Assembly: GCA_905178155.1 (NCBI GenBank)
Contig: CAJINV010000013.1
Location: forward strand, 1,130,177 to 1,137,829
Direction of reading: 5' to 3'
DNA: 7,653 nucleotides
Source of the DNA: Amoebophrya sp. A120
Taxonomy: Eukaryota; Protista; Dinoflagellata
The first letter of the stretch is position 1. Every line of letters starts with the position of its first letter. Positions 6,418 to 7,653 of the stretch are shown piece after piece. Both the position numbers and the translations under genes were made by a program. The notes under the pieces were generated by a model. It had not been told where the DNA came from. It saw only the letters and a list, made by a program, of their open reading frames with translations, and did not search any database.

Positions 6418-7653
6418 TCATCTGCCTTTGCTCTTTTCTTGTTCATCTATCACATACTTTTCAAATCCGCTTTCAGCCTCGAAGCAGATTCCGAAGGACG
6501 GCAACTCGAGACGCGCCGCGTGCAAGAACATGCGCCACACGTGGCCGTCCCGAGGAGAGTGCAGGAGCTGCTGCTTGTTCGCTTGTTCTACTCCATTTTG
6601 CGTAGTCGAGAGCGGCCCCGGTCCTTCCGGTCCAGCCATCGTGCAGGAAGAGCTTCGCGAGCAGCTGCTGCTTCTCCCACCATTCCGATTTCCGCTTACC
6701 GCACTGTACGCTGCGTCACCCAGGATCGGATGGCCCAAGAAAGCCAAATGAACCCGGATCTGGTGTCGGCGGCCGGTGAAAAGGCGCACCCGAAGCAGCG
6801 TCACCTTCTTGGAACAATCCGAACCCGAAACAGTTCCCTCTGCTGCCACTAAAGGCCTACGGTAGTACCCCCTTCTCACGACCGAAAAGTGTGTGTGCGC
6901 GGACTCGGCCTTTGCTTGCGATTTTCTTGTTCCACCTGCAACTGTTTCAACATCAACCGGAGATGAATTCGAATTCAAACTTTTGTGCTGGCGCATCGCA
7001 TGCTCAGCCAGGCCATTGCTCTTCCCGTCCTCGTGCGGGGACATCGAGAACCGTGCCAAATCGAGCAGAGCGCCGGTGCCAGTTTTGACAAAATCGCCGT
7101 CTTGCACGAAGACCTCTCTTGTCGCGAACAGGGTCGATGATTTAGCTGGGGCGGCACCTACCGCTGGCCTTTCTTTTTCTTCGACAAGACCTCGTTCATC
7201 TTCTGTGGCCTTTTTTCCGTCATTTTCCTTATGACAAAGATCCACCGGCGAAGCAACTACACCCGGACTCTTTTCTCCAGATTGTATAGCGTCGGAGGCA
7301 CTAGAAATTTTTGCAGTCGCCAACCCGTCGGCCCCGGTGGTTCTTGTCAATTGTAATGATACGTCAGGAGGCGATATTGGAGCTTTATCCCGGATGGATA
7401 GGTGCACGTCGTACTCAGTTTCCTCCATCCACCCCTCCACGAGGACATCGTAAAACTTCCGCGCCTTTCGCTGCGTGAACTCGTCCCCGACCGCGGCTGC
7501 GGTTTGTTTTGTCAGGCCGACGAGCAGGATCCCGGAGGTTGCGTGGTCCAGTTGATTGATCCAACGAATCTTATTTGTCGGTTCTTGATGCCGCTCTTTC
7601 ACCCAGTCCGCCACAGTCTCCTCCCCGTCGTAATTCCTTTCGGGTCGAAAATC
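6418..7653 (-). CDS. RluA/RPUSD-family RNA pseudouridine synthase (5'-truncated by the window edge)
   Basis: Catalytic motif NQLDHATSGILLV (Asp codon 7548-7546), KFYDVLVEG, TGRRHQIRVHLAFLGHPILGDAAY, RMFLHAARLELP. The frame is open to 7653, so GTG at 7614 is not the start. TGA at 6420-6418. Confidence 0.93.
   Translation of the reverse strand, partial: DFRPERNYDGEETVADWVKERHQEPTNKIRWINQLDHATSGILLVGLTKQTAAAVGDEFTQRKARKFYDVLVEGWMEETEYDVHLSIRDKAPISPPDVSLQLTRTTGADGLATAKISSASDAIQSGEKSPGVVASPVDLCHKENDGKKATEDERGLVEEKERPAVGAAPAKSSTLFATREVFVQDGDFVKTGTGALLDLARFSMSPHEDGKSNGLAEHAMRQHKSLNSNSSPVDVETVAGGTRKSQAKAESAHTHFSVVRRGYYRRPLVAAEGTVSGSDCSKKVTLLRVRLFTGRRHQIRVHLAFLGHPILGDAAYSAVSGNRNGGRSSSCSRSSSCTMAGPEGPGPLSTTQNGVEQANKQQLLHSPRDGHVWRMFLHAARLELPSFGICFEAESGFEKYVIDEQEKSKGR

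Noticed and set aside
6345-6460. Extra TAT-type intron at the 3' end of the pseudouridine synthase (GTATGTGATAG)
   Set aside because: Pairing with downstream sequence is weak and the ORF ends normally after the last conserved motif.
5882-6852. ORFs 5882..6238, 6215..6751 and 6364..6852
   Set aside because: No recognisable domains; intergenic or antisense to the pseudouridine synthase.

Overview
Eukaryotic genomic DNA with two genes on the minus strand. (1) A complete AP-1/AP-2 beta-adaptin gene at 883-5768, which I rebuilt by hand as 8 exons (3501 nt, about 1166 aa). The ORF track shows it only in pieces. (2) The 3' part of an RluA/RPUSD-family pseudouridine synthase, from 6418 to the window edge. 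The main signal is in the seven beta-adaptin introns (115-306 nt). Only two are GT-AG, yet all seven have imperfect terminal or sub-terminal inverted repeats and fit one boundary rule, 5'-NTAT...ATAN-NNN-3' (6/7 exact at each end): intron +2..+4 faces -5..-7, leaving a 3-nt 3' overhang. An A-tract follows 6-10 nt after the TAT in 12 of 14 arms. The rule gives an in-frame junction at all seven introns. This resembles the non-canonical introns/introner elements reported in the parasitic dinoflagellate Amoebophrya, whose excision mechanism is unresolved as far as I know. The organism is inferred and no junction is transcript-verified.
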